DNA of 53,545 nucleotides from an uncultured Planctomycetaceae bacterium (GTDB lineage Bacteria > Planctomycetota > Planctomycetia > Planctomycetales > Planctomycetaceae). The stretch is taken from contig CAYNWT010000001.1 in NCBI GenBank assembly GCA_964400945.1, positions 1 through 53,545 of the forward strand, given 5' to 3'. The position numbers and the translations under genes were made by a program. The notes beneath the pieces were generated by a model. That model saw only the letters and a program-made list of their open reading frames with translations. It was not told the DNA's origin and searched no databases. Every line of letters starts with the position of its first letter. Positions within the stretch are counted from its first letter, which is position 1. Positions 1 through 10,341 of the stretch are shown in pieces.

Positions 1-56
1 TCCAGTGGCATGTCGACCGCGGTGTATTCGCGGAGCCAGTCTACGCTAACGATCAT
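1..56 (-). CDS. pheT: phenylalanine--tRNA ligase beta subunit, first 18 codons only (gene runs off the window start)
   Basis: Hand translation of the minus strand from the ATG at 56-54 gives MIVSVDWLREYTAVDMPL. The M-x-V-S-x-x-WL-x-E-Y opening is typical of PheT N-termini. The fragment is too short to be certain. Confidence 0.4.
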   Translation of the reverse strand, partial: MIVSVDWLREYTAVDMPL

Positions 57-199
57 TGCTTCCTGTCTCTCTGCTCGGCTTCGTCGGGAACGCGGCATAG
101 TAGCGAAAGTCTGCTCGACTTTCGGCATTCAGTGGTCCAGAACCAAAATCCGGCCAGCCGGTTCGGGCTGTCTAGAGTCAGCCAAAGAAAGGACCGCTA

Positions 200-382
200 A
201 TGCTTGGCTGGCTAAAGAAAGACCCAATCAAAGAACTCGAAAAACAGCACGCGAAGAAACTGGTTGAAGCGCGTGACCTGCAGCGAAAGGGCGATATCGT
301 TGCATTCTCTGATGCAACCGCCGAGGCTGAAGAGATCATCCGTCAGATCGATGAACTCAAAGCCAAAGCCGCTGAGCAATAA
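200..382 (+). CDS. small (60 aa) helical protein, resembles the Lacal_2735-type small protein family
   Basis: ORF track. The pattern MLGWLKKDP...KKL.EA..L...GD......AEAEEI..QI..L matches my recollection of that ~55-60 aa family. No search was run. Confidence 0.45.
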   Translation: MLGWLKKDPIKELEKQHAKKLVEARDLQRKGDIVAFSDATAEAEEIIRQIDELKAKAAEQ

Positions 383-392
383 GTCGAAGGGC

Positions 393-1649
393 TTACAGCT
401 CGTAGCACATCAGCTTGTCTTGTTCGCGGAGGTACATCTTGCCGCCAACAATCACCGGCATCGCCCAAGTCTTGCCCTGCTGGAACTCCGGCTTCATCAC
501 GCCTCTCAGCTCATACCCCTCGGGGCTCGCAGCAATTAAGGCCAGTTCACCGGTTTGGTAGCGGAAAATCAGGTTCTTGCCGACGGCGGACACCGCAGCA
601 GAACCTCTGCCAACACCTCGTGTTTTCGCTCCACCCCAGGCCAGTTTGCCGGCTTTGATGTCGAGACAGGCGGGAAAACCCTGGTTATGCCCATGTCCTC
701 CGTAAATGTGCTCGCCGATCTTGACCATACCGCCATGGTGATTCTGAAGCGTTTGCCGCTTGAGCCAGTAGACCTCTTTGGCAGACACACCGTCACCCTC
801 TTTGCCGAGTTTCAGCAGGCACGATCCGCCACCATCGTAACCGGATGAACCAAAGACGAAGTCGCCGAAGCAGATCGGCGTTGGGATGTTTGCTGTTTCG
901 TTAGCGACCTGGTTGTAGGACCAGAGCAGCTTGCCATCGGATGCTCGAACGCCAATGAGACCGCGTCCGACCAGCGTCACATACTGCTTCACGCCTCCAC
1001 CATTGCTGACCACGATCGACGAGTAGCCGGCTCCGTCTTTCCCTTCGCCCTTGGACGATGGGGCTTCACTGGCCCAGACTTGTTCGCCTGACAGCTTGTT
1101 GAGGGCGACGACCATGCCTTTTGGGCCGCCGGGAGTGCAGAGGACAAGGTCTCCATCGACGAGCGGTGACTCAGAGAAGCCCCAGCTCGACATCATCCTG
1201 CCCTTCCACTGCTTGAAGCTCTTCGACCAGAGAACTTCGCCCGACGCGGCAGACATGCAGGCGAGTTGACCGTCAGAACTCACAACGTAAAGACGCTGCC
1301 CGTCAACCGTCGGCGTGCATCGAGAACCACCGAACCCGTGCTTTGGAGCGTTTTCCGTGATGCCCTTGGACCAGGCAATCTCTCCGTCACCCTTTGCTGC
1401 TATGACATGCTGTGAGTTGTCCTTGTTTCCGGTCGTGTAAATCATCCCGCCCGCCACCGAGACGCCAGCGTAGCCTTGACCCATTCCCGGCTTGATCCAC
1501 AGCAGTTTGGGTGGGTTGGTTTCCCAATTGAGGTCCAGATCTTTATCGGGCGAGTGGCCGTTCCGGGCTGGACCTCGCCATTGAGGCCAATCCTGAGCGA
1601 TGACGGACGCAGAGAGAACAACAAGCAGAAAGGCCGCGCGAGTGAACAT
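393..1649 (-). CDS. secreted PQQ-like (BamB-type) beta-propeller repeat protein
   Basis: ORF 393..1790, with the start moved to the internal ATG at 1649. That start gives a signal peptide MFTRAAFLLVVLSASVIAQDWPQWRGP. The WPQWRG motif and repeated G.(V/I)Y...DG.L.A.D...G..LW blades fit this family. Confidence 0.8.
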   Translation of the reverse strand: MFTRAAFLLVVLSASVIAQDWPQWRGPARNGHSPDKDLDLNWETNPPKLLWIKPGMGQGYAGVSVAGGMIYTTGNKDNSQHVIAAKGDGEIAWSKGITENAPKHGFGGSRCTPTVDGQRLYVVSSDGQLACMSAASGEVLWSKSFKQWKGRMMSSWGFSESPLVDGDLVLCTPGGPKGMVVALNKLSGEQVWASEAPSSKGEGKDGAGYSSIVVSNGGGVKQYVTLVGRGLIGVRASDGKLLWSYNQVANETANIPTPICFGDFVFGSSGYDGGGSCLLKLGKEGDGVSAKEVYWLKRQTLQNHHGGMVKIGEHIYGGHGHNQGFPACLDIKAGKLAWGGAKTRGVGRGSAAVSAVGKNLIFRYQTGELALIAASPEGYELRGVMKPEFQQGKTWAMPVIVGGKMYLREQDKLMCYEL

Positions 1650-1896
1650 GGGGAGGCTTCGCTGAGGAGGGCGGTGAGGCAGGAACACGGTGTTTCGGAA
1701 GTATATCGCCGGGTCAGCAAGTCGCCAAAGGGGACTCTGACTAACCGGCCCTCTCGCGGCTTTTGCCGATTCGAACCAAGGCCTCGCCACGAATCTGGAG
1801 TTGCCGAGTTGATTGCCTGTGAGTGGTCTACCGCGCGGATGCCGGTTTCACGACGATTTCGGAACTCGATTCCCTGCGGGCCACGAGGTGCCACGG

Positions 1897-2295
1897 ATGG
1901 CCGAAGCCGAAGTTTTTGAGATTATCAAATCCAGCCTCAACGAACTGCTGCGTTGGGTCGGATTCGGCACGCTGGTGGGCTTGGCGGCTAAAGCCATTAT
2001 GCCTGGCCGCGATCCGGGCGGAGCCGTCACCACGATGCTGATGGGTATTGGCGGCAGCGTAATTGGCTGCGGCACCGTGATGTTCTTCTGGCGTGAAGCG
2101 TCGATTGACCCGATCAGCGGCAAGGGGTTCTTCGCGGCGACGGCAGGCGCGTTCATGCTGCTGTTCTTCTACCGCTTGCTGGCGGGTTCGTTCTTCACAG
2201 AATCCGACGCGCATGACGACGACGACATTCATCGTGCTCGGCGAAGAAGCCGTAAGCGTCGTATCGTACGGGACGCTTACCGCGACGCCGCTTGA
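1897..2295 (+). CDS. GlsB/YeaQ/YmgE-family stress-response membrane protein with a charged C-terminal tail
   Basis: ORF 1813..2295, start moved to the ATG at 1897 (MAEAEVF...). The glycine-rich TM pattern GTLVGLAAKAIMPGRDPGG...MGIGGSVIGC is typical of the family. Confidence 0.7.
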   Translation: MAEAEVFEIIKSSLNELLRWVGFGTLVGLAAKAIMPGRDPGGAVTTMLMGIGGSVIGCGTVMFFWREASIDPISGKGFFAATAGAFMLLFFYRLLAGSFFTESDAHDDDDIHRARRRSRKRRIVRDAYRDAA

Positions 2296-2307
2296 GTCAC
2301 TGTCGCT

Positions 2308-2724
2308 TCAATTGTCCTCGCCACGTAACTGCGAGAGTTCATCGCGCAGTTCCCGTTGCTTGCGCCGGATGCGCGCCATGTTCGCACGGGAATGCACTTT
2401 GGTTTGCGCCATGTCGCCGACTGCCTGAAACACGATCCAAAGTGTGGCTACCAGAACCATGCCCCAGTAAACGGTGAACCACGCTGGCGACTTCTCAAGC
2501 GGAAGCAACCCATCACCAACTGAGATCATCGCGCCCAGCCCCATGAGGATCGCGCTGGTTTGCATACGTCGCCGGTAGCGTCGCTCACAGAACGCTCGTT
2601 CGTGATCGTCCAGGGTTTCGTCAAACTGCTGCACGTTCCAGCTGCGCTTGTGCGTTCGTAGCAGAAACAAACCGAACGCGACGATGCAGCCACCAGTGAG
2701 TGGGGCGACGAGCCATTGCTGCAT
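2308..2724 (-). CDS. hypothetical membrane protein (3-4 TM helices, coiled C-terminus)
   Basis: ORF track. It has hydrophobic segments and is convergent with the preceding gene. I recognise no family. Confidence 0.5.
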   Translation of the reverse strand: MQQWLVAPLTGGCIVAFGLFLLRTHKRSWNVQQFDETLDDHERAFCERRYRRRMQTSAILMGLGAMISVGDGLLPLEKSPAWFTVYWGMVLVATLWIVFQAVGDMAQTKVHSRANMARIRRKQRELRDELSQLRGEDN

Positions 2725-3305
2725 TTGCTTGCTCCTTCTGCGGCACCGCGACGGCAGGCGAACTTTGAGCCCCCGGCGGTGTCCATTGTGTTATCGATTT
2801 TGTCCCGAAATCTGATGCTCGCAACTGTCGAGCGGTGATCGGTTTGACAACGAGCAAAATGCCCCGCCTATTCTGTGCCCCTCAGGACACTGGCGCGCCA
2901 CCAGAACGACCACAGCTTCTTCGGGGGCGTTATGGCCGTCCGTTCGTAAATCTAAATATTTCAACACTTTGTGCGAATTCCGTGGGAACCCGATTCGGCA
3001 GACCTGACCGCCTTTTGTGAACTTTTCTGCAATCCACGCGTCCCAATTGTGCGTAAGGAAAACTGTCGGCCTTGCGTCTTTACTTTTGGATTTCCAGTCA
3101 CTTTTACCGTTTTCCATCAAGTGTGCAGATTTGACAGGAAAGCCGACACGGAACCTTAGCGGACTCGCATCTGTCCTAATGGATGCAGATCCTTTTCCCA
3201 GGACGACTTACGGCAAATCACCGTTTCTGAACCCTCTGGTTTGGAACGGAACTTGCCAAAACCAAAGTTGGACAGGGAAGCAACAGAGAGAGGAGAGTTG
3301 CAATC

Positions 3306-4970
3306 ATGGCACGTTACACCAACCCGGCAATTGGCGAACTCGCAGCACAGCAAATGAAGTACGCTCCGCGCGATGTTCGACTCGAACAGATCGAACGCGC
3401 TGAGAAGCTGATTGAGGCGATCGACCAAAAGCAGAACTACCAGTACCAGGATCTTTGTCATCAGATCACTTCGTATCGACCAGAGCGGTACCCGGACCTC
3501 GCGCTGCGTGGCACAGAAGCCGTGCGCGATTTGCGCTGCTTTGTGGAAGACCTGTCCGACAGCATCGACCTCGATGTGAAGCAAATGAACGAGCCTGTCC
3601 TGACCGTGGACGAGGTCAGCAAGAGGTACAACGTCTCAACAAAGACAGTTGATCGCTGGCGGAACCGTGGTCTGGCGAGTCGTCGATTCCTCTTTGACGG
3701 CCGTAAACGCGTTGGTTTCCTGATGTCCACAGTTGAGCGGTTCGTTGCAAAAAATGGTGACGACGTTCTGCGTGGAACCCGGTTCAGCCAGCTGACGATT
3801 TCAGAAAAAGAAGACATCGTGCGTCGCGCTCGACGACTGGCTCGATACGGAGCCTGTCCGTCGGAAGTCAGCCGACGCCTCGCGAAGAAACTGAAACGTT
3901 CGCCTGAGACGATTCGCTACACGGTTCGAAATTACGACCGTGAGCATCCTGGAACAGCCGTGTTCCCGAACGCGACGGAACCACTGACAGACGACAAGAA
4001 GCGAACGATCTACAAGCAGTACCGCCGTGGAATGGCTGTTGATCGCCTGGCGAAGCGTCACTGCCGAACTCGCGCGAGCATCTATCGCATTATCAGCGAG
4101 GTGCGGGCGGTGCAGTTACTCGAACAACCGATCGAGTACATGGATAGTGAGGAGTTCCACACGAAGGACGCGGACAAGGTCATCTTGTGCAAGCCACCGG
4201 CGCGTGACCCGAAGAAGAAGGCCGTGAAGGCACCTCCGGGACTACCGGCCTACCTCGCAAGCCTGTACACAGTGCCACTGTTAACTCGTGAGGAAGAGGC
4301 CCACTACTTCCGCAAGATGAACTACCTGAAGTTCAAGGCTTCGGAACTGCGTGAGAAGCTAAATCCGACTCGGCCAAGCGGCCGGGAGATGGATGCGATC
4401 GAGAAGCTGCTCGACAAGGCGACCGACGTAAAGAACTTCCTGATCCGCAGCAACCTGCGACTGGTGGTTTCTATCGCCAAGAAGCACGTGAAACCGAGTT
4501 CGAACTTCTTTGAGATGGTCAGCGATGGCAACATGTCGCTCATCCGGGCGATCGAGAAGTTCAACTACACACTTGGCAACAAGTTCTCCACCTACGCAAC
4601 ATGGGCAATCATGAAGAACTTTGCCCGTTCGATTCCGGCCGAGCACAAGCAGTTGGATCGGTTCCGGACCGGTCACGACGAGATCTTCTCCGGCTCACGA
4701 GACGATCGGGCGAATCAGTTCCAGCAGGAAATGATCAACCAGACCCAGCATTCGCTGATCATGTCGATCCTGGATCGGCTGGATAACCGGGAAAAGGACA
4801 TCATTCTGCACCGGTTCGGCCTGGAGCAGGGAACTGAGCCCGAGACCCTTGAGCAGGTTGGAAACCGGCTGGGCGTGACGAAGGAGCGGATTCGACAGCT
4901 TGAGTCACGGGCTCTGAGGAAGCTGAAGAAGATTGCTCAGGTCGAAAAGCTGGATATTCCTGGCGTCTAG
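3306..4970 (+). CDS. sigma-70 family RNA polymerase sigma factor (RpoD-like core regions 1.2-4 with a ~300 aa HTH-rich N-terminal extension)
   Basis: Region 2 reads [12 protein letters not shown]...[37 protein letters not shown]. Region 4 reads [29 protein letters not shown]. Confidence 0.9.
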   Translation: MARYTNPAIGELAAQQMKYAPRDVRLEQIERAEKLIEAIDQKQNYQYQDLCHQITSYRPERYPDLALRGTEAVRDLRCFVEDLSDSIDLDVKQMNEPVLTVDEVSKRYNVSTKTVDRWRNRGLASRRFLFDGRKRVGFLMSTVERFVAKNGDDVLRGTRFSQLTISEKEDIVRRARRLARYGACPSEVSRRLAKKLKRSPETIRYTVRNYDREHPGTAVFPNATEPLTDDKKRTIYKQYRRGMAVDRLAKRHCRTRASIYRIISEVRAVQLLEQPIEYMDSEEFHTKDADKVILCKPPARDPKKKAVKAPPGLPAYLASLYTVPLLTREEEAHYFRKMNYLKFKASELREKLNPTRPSGREMDAIEKLLDKATDVKNFLIRSNLRLVVSIAKKHVKPSSNFFEMVSDGNMSLIRAIEKFNYTLGNKFSTYATWAIMKNFARSIPAEHKQLDRFRTGHDEIFSGSRDDRANQFQQEMINQTQHSLIMSILDRLDNREKDIILHRFGLEQGTEPETLEQVGNRLGVTKERIRQLESRALRKLKKIAQVEKLDIPGV

Positions 4971-5020
4971 GCCGATGTTCGAGAGACTTGCGGAAACGCT
5001 GGTCTGAAATTCACCGACCA

Positions 5021-5060
5021 GTCCCGAGGCGAACCTGATTCGTCTCGGGGCTGTCTTTTT
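5021..5060 (+). terminator. intrinsic terminator downstream of the sigma factor gene
   Basis: An ~11-bp stem (gtcccgaggcg / cgtctcggggc, two G-U pairs) with a 9-nt loop is followed by tgtcttttt. Confidence 0.55.
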
Positions 5061-5123
5061 CGGCGGATCATTCCCGGGCGGGAGAGGCTGGGCGAAAGCT
5101 TGTCTCCATGGCTTTGGGTGACC

Positions 5124-5151
5124 TTGCATGGGGAATGCCAATTGGTATACT
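5124..5151 (+). promoter_or_regulatory. candidate sigma-70 promoter of the tRNA-tuf operon
   Basis: TTGCAT, a 16-nt spacer, then TATACT, followed by a GC-rich discriminator (ccgccgc). It lies ~30 nt upstream of the first tRNA. Confidence 0.4.
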
Positions 5152-5181
5152 CCGCCGCTTATGTTTTTTGCGGCACATGCT

Positions 5182-5254
5182 GCTAGCGTAGCTCAATTGG
5201 CAGAGCTCCGGTTTTGTAAACCGGAGGTTGTGGGTTCGAGTCCCACCGCTAGCT
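5182..5254 (+). tRNA. tRNA-Thr (anticodon UGU)
   Basis: Hand-folded cloverleaf. Acceptor GCTAGCG/CGCTAGC, anticodon stem CCGGT/ACCGG with loop TTTGTAA, T-arm GTGGG-TTCGAGT-CCCAC. Confidence 0.9.
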
Positions 5255-5292
5255 CACGAGTTGTGTCAAATACAATTTGATCCGGCTCACAA

Positions 5293-5374
5293 GGGGGAAT
5301 ACCAGAGTGGCCAAATGGGCCAGACTGTAAATCTGGTGGCTTCGCCTTCGCAGGTTCGAATCCTGCTTCCCCCA
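5293..5374 (+). tRNA. tRNA-Tyr (anticodon GUA), long variable arm
   Basis: Acceptor GGGGGAA/TTCCCCC, anticodon stem CCAGA/TCTGG with loop CTGTAAA, long variable arm, T-arm GCAGG-TTCGAAT-CCTGC. Confidence 0.9.
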
Positions 5375-5435
5375 CATTGTTCGCTGTTGCGTTCATCGAC
5401 CCGAAACGAGAGGTTTACAAGACTGCAACAAGATT

Positions 5436-5506
5436 GCGGGCGTAGCTCAACGGTAGAGCTCCTGCCTTCCAAGCAGGTGGTGTGGGTTCGATTCCCATCG
5501 CCCGCT
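5436..5506 (+). tRNA. tRNA-Gly (anticodon UCC)
   Basis: Acceptor GCGGGCG/CGCCCGC, anticodon stem CCTGC/GCAGG with loop CTTCCAA, T-loop TTCGATT. Confidence 0.9.
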
Positions 5507-5549
5507 CTTGGGTGATTCGAATGGACGCACATGTTGCCACGCAACAACT

Positions 5550-5623
<74 letters not shown>

Positions 5624-5734
5624 CGGCGAACGAATGAGAGTTTGCGTTTCGGTCACGGTGGCCGACCGCTCAAAGAAATATCCTTCAACTGATCGCGGCT
5701 GGGCCGCAACACGCTGAATTCGGAGAAACAACTA

Positions 5735-6931
5735 ATGGCGAAGGACACGTTTGTACGGACCAAGCCACACGTGAACGTGGGCACGATTGGCCACATTGAC
5801 CACGGAAAGACGACCCTGACTGCATCGCTTCTGGCGGTTCAAGGGGCAAAGGGCCTGGCTGAGTTCAAGAGCTACGCTGATATCGCCAAGGGTGGTACTG
5901 TCCGTGACGACACCAAGACGGTCACGATTGCTGTTTCGCACGTTGAGTATGAGAGCGAAACACGTCACTACGCCCACATCGACTGTCCGGGCCACGCTGA
6001 CTACATCAAGAATATGATCACTGGTGCCGCCCAGATGGACGGTGCAATCCTGGTTGTATCTGCCGCTGACGGCCCAATGCCTCAGACTCGTGAACACATC
6101 CTTCTTGCTCGCCAGGTTGATGTGCCTGCTCTGGTTTGCTTCCTTAACAAGTGCGACCTGGTCGACGACGAGGAGCTCCTTGAGCTCGTCGAGATGGAAG
6201 TTCGGGAACTACTCAGCAAGTACGACTTCCCTGGTGATGACATCCCTGTAATCCGCGGTGCGGCTAAGCCAGCCCTGGACAACCCATCAGATGAGTCGTG
6301 CAATGCCTGCATCGCCGAACTGATGGCCGCTTTGGACAGCTACATTCCTGAACCTGAGCGCGACTCAGACAAGCCATTCCTGATGGCGATCGAGGATGTC
6401 TTCTCAATCGAAGGTCGTGGTACGGTTGCTACTGGTCGAATCGAGACCGGGATCATCAAGGTTGGCGAGAAGGTCGCCATCATCGGCCTGAAGGACACTC
6501 AGGAAACGACGTGTACCGGCGTCGAAATGTTCAAGAAATTGCTGGATGAGGGCATGGCTGGCGATAACGTCGGCATCCTTCTCCGTGGTGTTAAGAAGGA
6601 AGAGGTTCAGCGTGGTCAGGTTCTGGCTGCCCCGGGCTCAATCCAGCCACACACGAAATTCGAGGGCGAGGTCTACGTCCTGAGCAAAGAGGAAGGTGGC
6701 CGCCACACGCCATTCTTTAGTGGGTACCGTCCTCAGTTCTACTTCCGTACAACGGACGTAACCGGTGCAACGACACTTCTTGGCGGTGCCGAGATGTGCA
6801 TGCCTGGTGACAACGTTACAGTGGAAGTTGAACTTGGTAAGCCGATCGCCATGGACGAAGGTAGCCGCTTTGCGATTCGTGAAGGTGGCCGAACTGTCGG
6901 TTCTGGCGTTGTGACCAAGATTGTTGAGTAG
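5735..6931 (+). CDS. tuf: elongation factor Tu
   Basis: 398 aa. Motifs [18 protein letters not shown] and NKCD are present, with full-length EF-Tu similarity. Confidence 0.98.
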   Translation: MAKDTFVRTKPHVNVGTIGHIDHGKTTLTASLLAVQGAKGLAEFKSYADIAKGGTVRDDTKTVTIAVSHVEYESETRHYAHIDCPGHADYIKNMITGAAQMDGAILVVSAADGPMPQTREHILLARQVDVPALVCFLNKCDLVDDEELLELVEMEVRELLSKYDFPGDDIPVIRGAAKPALDNPSDESCNACIAELMAALDSYIPEPERDSDKPFLMAIEDVFSIEGRGTVATGRIETGIIKVGEKVAIIGLKDTQETTCTGVEMFKKLLDEGMAGDNVGILLRGVKKEEVQRGQVLAAPGSIQPHTKFEGEVYVLSKEEGGRHTPFFSGYRPQFYFRTTDVTGATTLLGGAEMCMPGDNVTVEVELGKPIAMDEGSRFAIREGGRTVGSGVVTKIVE

Positions 6932-7001
6932 AACGATCTCCGCTTCAGCGGGATCAGAAATAGTCGACCGCGCAGGTCGCCGATGGGCGACCTGCTCGCT
7001 T

Positions 7002-7038
7002 GCCTCGCCGCCGACTGGGTGGATGAGGCTTTTGTTTT
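7002..7038 (+). terminator. terminator/attenuator-like hairpin plus T-tract after tuf (preceded by a 10-bp hairpin at 6972-6995)
   Basis: gcctc...gaggc stem with inner ccgcc/ggtgg pairing, followed by ttttgtttt. Upstream there is a perfect GCAGGTCGCC-gatg-GGCGACCTGC hairpin. rpmG starts only 17 nt later, so this may be attenuation rather than full termination. Confidence 0.4.
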
Positions 7039-7054
7039 CGAGTGAGGTGGTATC

Positions 7055-7210
7055 GTGGCAAGAGAGTACGTTTGGCTGGAATGCACAGAGACCGGTCTTC
7101 GCAACTATCGCGTCATCAAGGAAACTCGGGGTACCGAGCGACTTGAGTTGATGAAGTTCTGTCCGAAGCTTCGTCGGCATACGCTCCACAAGGAATCTCG
7201 TAAAAAGTAA
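7055..7210 (+). CDS. rpmG: 50S ribosomal protein L33
   Basis: Not in the ORF track (51 aa). Hand translation from the GTG at 7055, with GAGGTGG 5 nt upstream, gives MAREYVWLECTETGLRNYRVIKETRGTERLELMKFCPKLRRHTLHKESRKK. It sits in the conserved tuf-rpmG-tRNA-Trp-secE position. Confidence 0.85.
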   Translation: MAREYVWLECTETGLRNYRVIKETRGTERLELMKFCPKLRRHTLHKESRKK

Positions 7211-7222
7211 CGAGCCAAGGTT

Positions 7223-7295
7223 ACGGGCGTAGCTCAATTGGCAGAGCACCGGATTCCAAATCCGGCGGTTGGGGGTTCAAGTCCCTCCGCCCGTG
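7223..7295 (+). tRNA. tRNA-Trp (anticodon CCA)
   Basis: Acceptor ACGGGCG/CGCCCGT, anticodon stem CCGGA/TCCGG with loop TTCCAAA, T-loop TTCAAGT. Confidence 0.9.
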
Positions 7296-7333
7296 TTTTG
7301 CAGAGCTGGCTTCCGTTTGGGATCGCAACAGGC

Positions 7334-7798
7334 ATGTCCGCTGTAAAGAAAAATCAATCGCTCGTACAGGAACTTTTCAAAGTTGACCTGTACAAGAAGA
7401 ACCAAGGGCGGCTTACGCGTCAGCTGACCTTCCTTGGCATCGTATTAGTTGTCGGTTACGGGCTCTGGACTTTGGCAAGTGGCCCGCTGTCGGGATACGA
7501 GCCGGTTGTCCATTTCGGTGTACCGCTCGGCTTGCTGGCAGCCTCAGCATGGATCGCGTTTCGGGCGATTAACTACCCCCGTTTTGCCGACTTCCTGATT
7601 GCTGTCGAAGCCGAGATGGACAAGGTAACCTGGGCAAGTCGGAGCGAGCTGTACCGGGCCACGATTGTGGTTCTGGTGACCATGGTTTTCATGGCGCTTC
7701 TGCTGTTCGCCTACGATCGGATCTGGATCAAGGTCTTCCAGTGGATTGGATTCGTCGTAGAGGCGGCACCCGATGCTGCAGATGCGGCTGCGAAATAG
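7334..7798 (+). CDS. secE: preprotein translocase subunit SecE (three-TM form)
   Basis: ORF 7238..7798 overlaps tRNA-Trp, so the start was moved to the ATG at 7334 (MSAVKKNQ...). The C-terminal VTWASRSELYRATIVVLVTMVFMALLLFAYD segment is SecE-like, and the gene lies just before nusG. Confidence 0.85.
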   Translation: MSAVKKNQSLVQELFKVDLYKKNQGRLTRQLTFLGIVLVVGYGLWTLASGPLSGYEPVVHFGVPLGLLAASAWIAFRAINYPRFADFLIAVEAEMDKVTWASRSELYRATIVVLVTMVFMALLLFAYDRIWIKVFQWIGFVVEAAPDAADAAAK

Positions 7799-7930
7799 TC
7801 TGCCGCAGTCCATTCGCTGATTCTCGAACAAACTCCCGTCGATTCGATTGAAATTGAGCGGCGGAAGTCAGATCATTGTCGATTCCCTTCGCGACGGTCG
7901 CGTGGGGCCCGTACGTTCGCGAGGCCCGTT

Positions 7931-8491
7931 ATGTCTGAGCCTGAACCTGGCACAAAACCGGAACTACTCTGGTACGTGCTAAAGGTACAGAGTAACCGCG
8001 AGCGTTCTATCCGCGATTCGCTGGTGCGAAACATTAAGCGAGAAGGTCTCGAAGAGTTTTTCGGCGAGGTCATCATCCCTACCGAAAAAATCGTGGACAC
8101 AAAAGGGGGCAAGAAGAGGGTTACCGAGAAGAAGTTGTTCCCTGGTTACATCATGGTGCAGATGGACCTGAACGATGAGACTTGGTACCTCGTGCGAGAC
8201 ACCAGTGGGGTGGGTGATTTTACCGGCTCTGCCGGCAAGCCAATCCCAATGCAGCAGCATGAGATTGATCGCATGCTGGGCAAAGAAGAGGAAGAGGAAG
8301 TTGCGGCGCCGAGAATTAAGATTGAATTCTCGCCGGGCGACATTGTGAAGATTAAAGAGGGCACCTTCGAGAGTTTCGAAGGCACAATTGACGAGATTGA
8401 CGAGAGCAGTGGCAAGATTTCGGTTCTGATCGAGATCTTTAATCGAACCACACCAGTCGAGCTCGAGTACTGGCAAGTGGAAGCCGTATAG
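7931..8491 (+). CDS. nusG: transcription termination/antitermination factor NusG
   Basis: [14 protein letters not shown] domain, FPGYIMVQM, and KOW segment [22 protein letters not shown]. Confidence 0.95.
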   Translation: MSEPEPGTKPELLWYVLKVQSNRERSIRDSLVRNIKREGLEEFFGEVIIPTEKIVDTKGGKKRVTEKKLFPGYIMVQMDLNDETWYLVRDTSGVGDFTGSAGKPIPMQQHEIDRMLGKEEEEEVAAPRIKIEFSPGDIVKIKEGTFESFEGTIDEIDESSGKISVLIEIFNRTTPVELEYWQVEAV

Positions 8492-8515
8492 GCTCCCGTT
8501 GTTTAGGCAGGAACG

Positions 8516-8941
8516 ATGGCCAAACAGGTTACAACTGAGATCAAGGTACAGGTTACGGGGGGCCAGGCGACTCCCGCGCCTCCGGTCGGTACTGCGCTTG
8601 GTCCGCACGGGGTCAACATTGGGCAGTTTGTCCAGCAGTTCAACGATCGAACCAAAGATCTGAACGGCACGACTGTCCCTGTCGTGATTACCGTATACAA
8701 CGACCGAAGCTTTGACTTCATCATCAAGAGTCCGCCAGCTGCTGTCTTGCTTAAGCAGGCGGCCGGGATCGCCAAGGGGTCGGGAAGTCCGAAGGCGGAC
8801 AAGGTTGGCACCGTGACCCAAGCTCAGCTGGAAGATATCGCCAGGACAAAGATGGCTGATCTCAACGCCACTGACATTAAGCATGCTGCCAGAATCATTG
8901 CTGGTACTGCCCGGAGTATGGGGCTGGTCGTCGCCGACTGA
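8516..8941 (+). CDS. rplK: 50S ribosomal protein L11
   Basis: 141 aa, with [24 protein letters not shown]. Confidence 0.97.
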   Translation: MAKQVTTEIKVQVTGGQATPAPPVGTALGPHGVNIGQFVQQFNDRTKDLNGTTVPVVITVYNDRSFDFIIKSPPAAVLLKQAAGIAKGSGSPKADKVGTVTQAQLEDIARTKMADLNATDIKHAARIIAGTARSMGLVVAD

Positions 8942-9008
8942 GTGCCCGCAGAATTTTCGCGAACATGATTCCCGATTGCGGTGTCGCAATCTCACAGGCA
9001 GGTTAAGA

Positions 9009-9707
9009 ATGCCCGCAAAACGAATGAAACATCTCAGAGCCAAGACTGAAGATCTTGGCCCTGTCGATCTAAAGACGGCCGTCAAAACACTGAAGGGCCT
9101 GGAGTCAGACCTCCCAAAAGGCTGTAAGCCTTGTGGGTTCGACCAAACGGTTGAGGTTTCGGTCAGGCTGGGTGTTGACCCAAAGCAGGCTGACCAGTTG
9201 GTTCGCGGCTCGATCGTGCTGCCTCACGGCATCGGCAAGGCTCAGCGAGTCCTGGTGTTTTGCCAGGGTGACAACGTTGGCGTGGCGGAGAGTGCTGGTG
9301 CGGACTTCGCGGGCGGCAAAGAGCTTGCAGACAAGATTAAGGATGGATGGCTGGAGTTCGACGTGGCTATCGCCACTCCGGATATGATGGGCGTGGTTGG
9401 CCCATTGGGTCGCGTTCTTGGCCCGCGTGGAATGATGCCTTCACCGCGAGCTGGAACGGTGACGCCGGAAGTTGAGAAGGCTGTTCAGGAATACAAAGCC
9501 GGTAAGGTTGAGTTCCGTGTTGATGCTGGTTCCAACGTGCATTGCATGGTTGGAAAACTGAGTTTCGACGAACAGAAGCTAACGGAAAACATTGAGGCGT
9601 TGCTTAGTTACATCGACTCGCTGAAGCCAACTGCGGCGAAGGGTACCTACGTTCGAAAAATCTGCGTCTCCGCGACCATGTCGCCTGGAATCATCGTGGC
9701 GGCGTAG
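9009..9707 (+). CDS. rplA: 50S ribosomal protein L1
   Basis: ORF 8883..9707, start moved to the ATG at 9009 ([12 protein letters not shown]...). The GTVTPEV and [10 protein letters not shown] motifs are present. Confidence 0.93.
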   Translation: MPAKRMKHLRAKTEDLGPVDLKTAVKTLKGLESDLPKGCKPCGFDQTVEVSVRLGVDPKQADQLVRGSIVLPHGIGKAQRVLVFCQGDNVGVAESAGADFAGGKELADKIKDGWLEFDVAIATPDMMGVVGPLGRVLGPRGMMPSPRAGTVTPEVEKAVQEYKAGKVEFRVDAGSNVHCMVGKLSFDEQKLTENIEALLSYIDSLKPTAAKGTYVRKICVSATMSPGIIVAA

Positions 9708-9730
9708 TCTGTCAACGACAGGATTGAGTT

Positions 9731-10246
9731 ATGAGTAAAGTCATCAAGCAAATGTTGATCGACGACATCACGGGGCGACTTGGCGACCATCGTGACATGC
9801 TTGTCATTGATGTCTCAAGGCTGGATGCGATTAACGCGAATAAGTTTCGCCTCGCACTGGCTGAAAAAGACATTACAGCGCTAACCGTGAAAAACTCCCT
9901 TGCTCGCAAGGCGTTGCATGGAGTCGGCGTAGAGTCATTGGATGACATCCTTTCGGGTCCCTCAACTCTGGTCTGGGGCAGTGAAGATGTTGTCGCACTC
10001 TCGAAAGAGATTGCAAAATGGACCAAGGATCTCGAAGCGATTGAGATCAGGGGTGGCACTGTCGAAGGTGACACTCTTGATGCTGCCGGCGTTGACGCGT
10101 TGGCGAAGAGTCCGGGCAGGGAGGAACTGCTTTCAATTATCGCGGGTCAGATTGCTGGCCCGGGAGCACAGCTGGCAGCACAGCTCAATGGCCCCGGTGG
10201 CCAGTTGGCTGGCCAGATCAAGTCGAAGGCCGACGAGGACGAGTAG
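9731..10246 (+). CDS. rplJ: 50S ribosomal protein L10
   Basis: 171 aa, L10-like, located between rplA and rplL. Confidence 0.93.
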   Translation: MSKVIKQMLIDDITGRLGDHRDMLVIDVSRLDAINANKFRLALAEKDITALTVKNSLARKALHGVGVESLDDILSGPSTLVWGSEDVVALSKEIAKWTKDLEAIEIRGGTVEGDTLDAAGVDALAKSPGREELLSIIAGQIAGPGAQLAAQLNGPGGQLAGQIKSKADEDE

Positions 10247-10341
10247 GTCAGGCAATGGTTTCCGCCAGAGTGGCGGTTTGACATAACGAATCAATGTTGC
10301 CCGATGGGCGACACTCTTTGACAGCGAAAGGCGCTAGTAAG

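Noticed and set aside
2725-3305. 109-aa minus-strand ORF (2791-3120) and TTGACA-containing promoter candidates in the 580-nt region upstream of the sigma factor gene
   Set aside because: The ORF has no recognisable features and sits in a relatively AT-rich, probably regulatory region. The two TTGACA boxes lack a well-spaced -10 (19-nt spacer or no TAnnnT), so no promoter call was made.
8942-9008. 7-bp hairpin GATTGCG-gtgt-CGCAATC (8974-8991) in the rplK-rplA spacer as an L1 autoregulatory site
   Set aside because: A single short hairpin is not enough to claim mimicry of the 23S L1 stalk, and I could verify no conserved L1-binding sequence by eye.
7979-9085. 368-aa minus-strand ORF spanning nusG, rplK and rplA
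   Set aside because: It lies antisense to three unmistakable, highly conserved genes. Its composition is Arg/Ser/Leu-rich and low in complexity, and I recognise no motif. It is a typical shadow ORF of GC-rich coding DNA.
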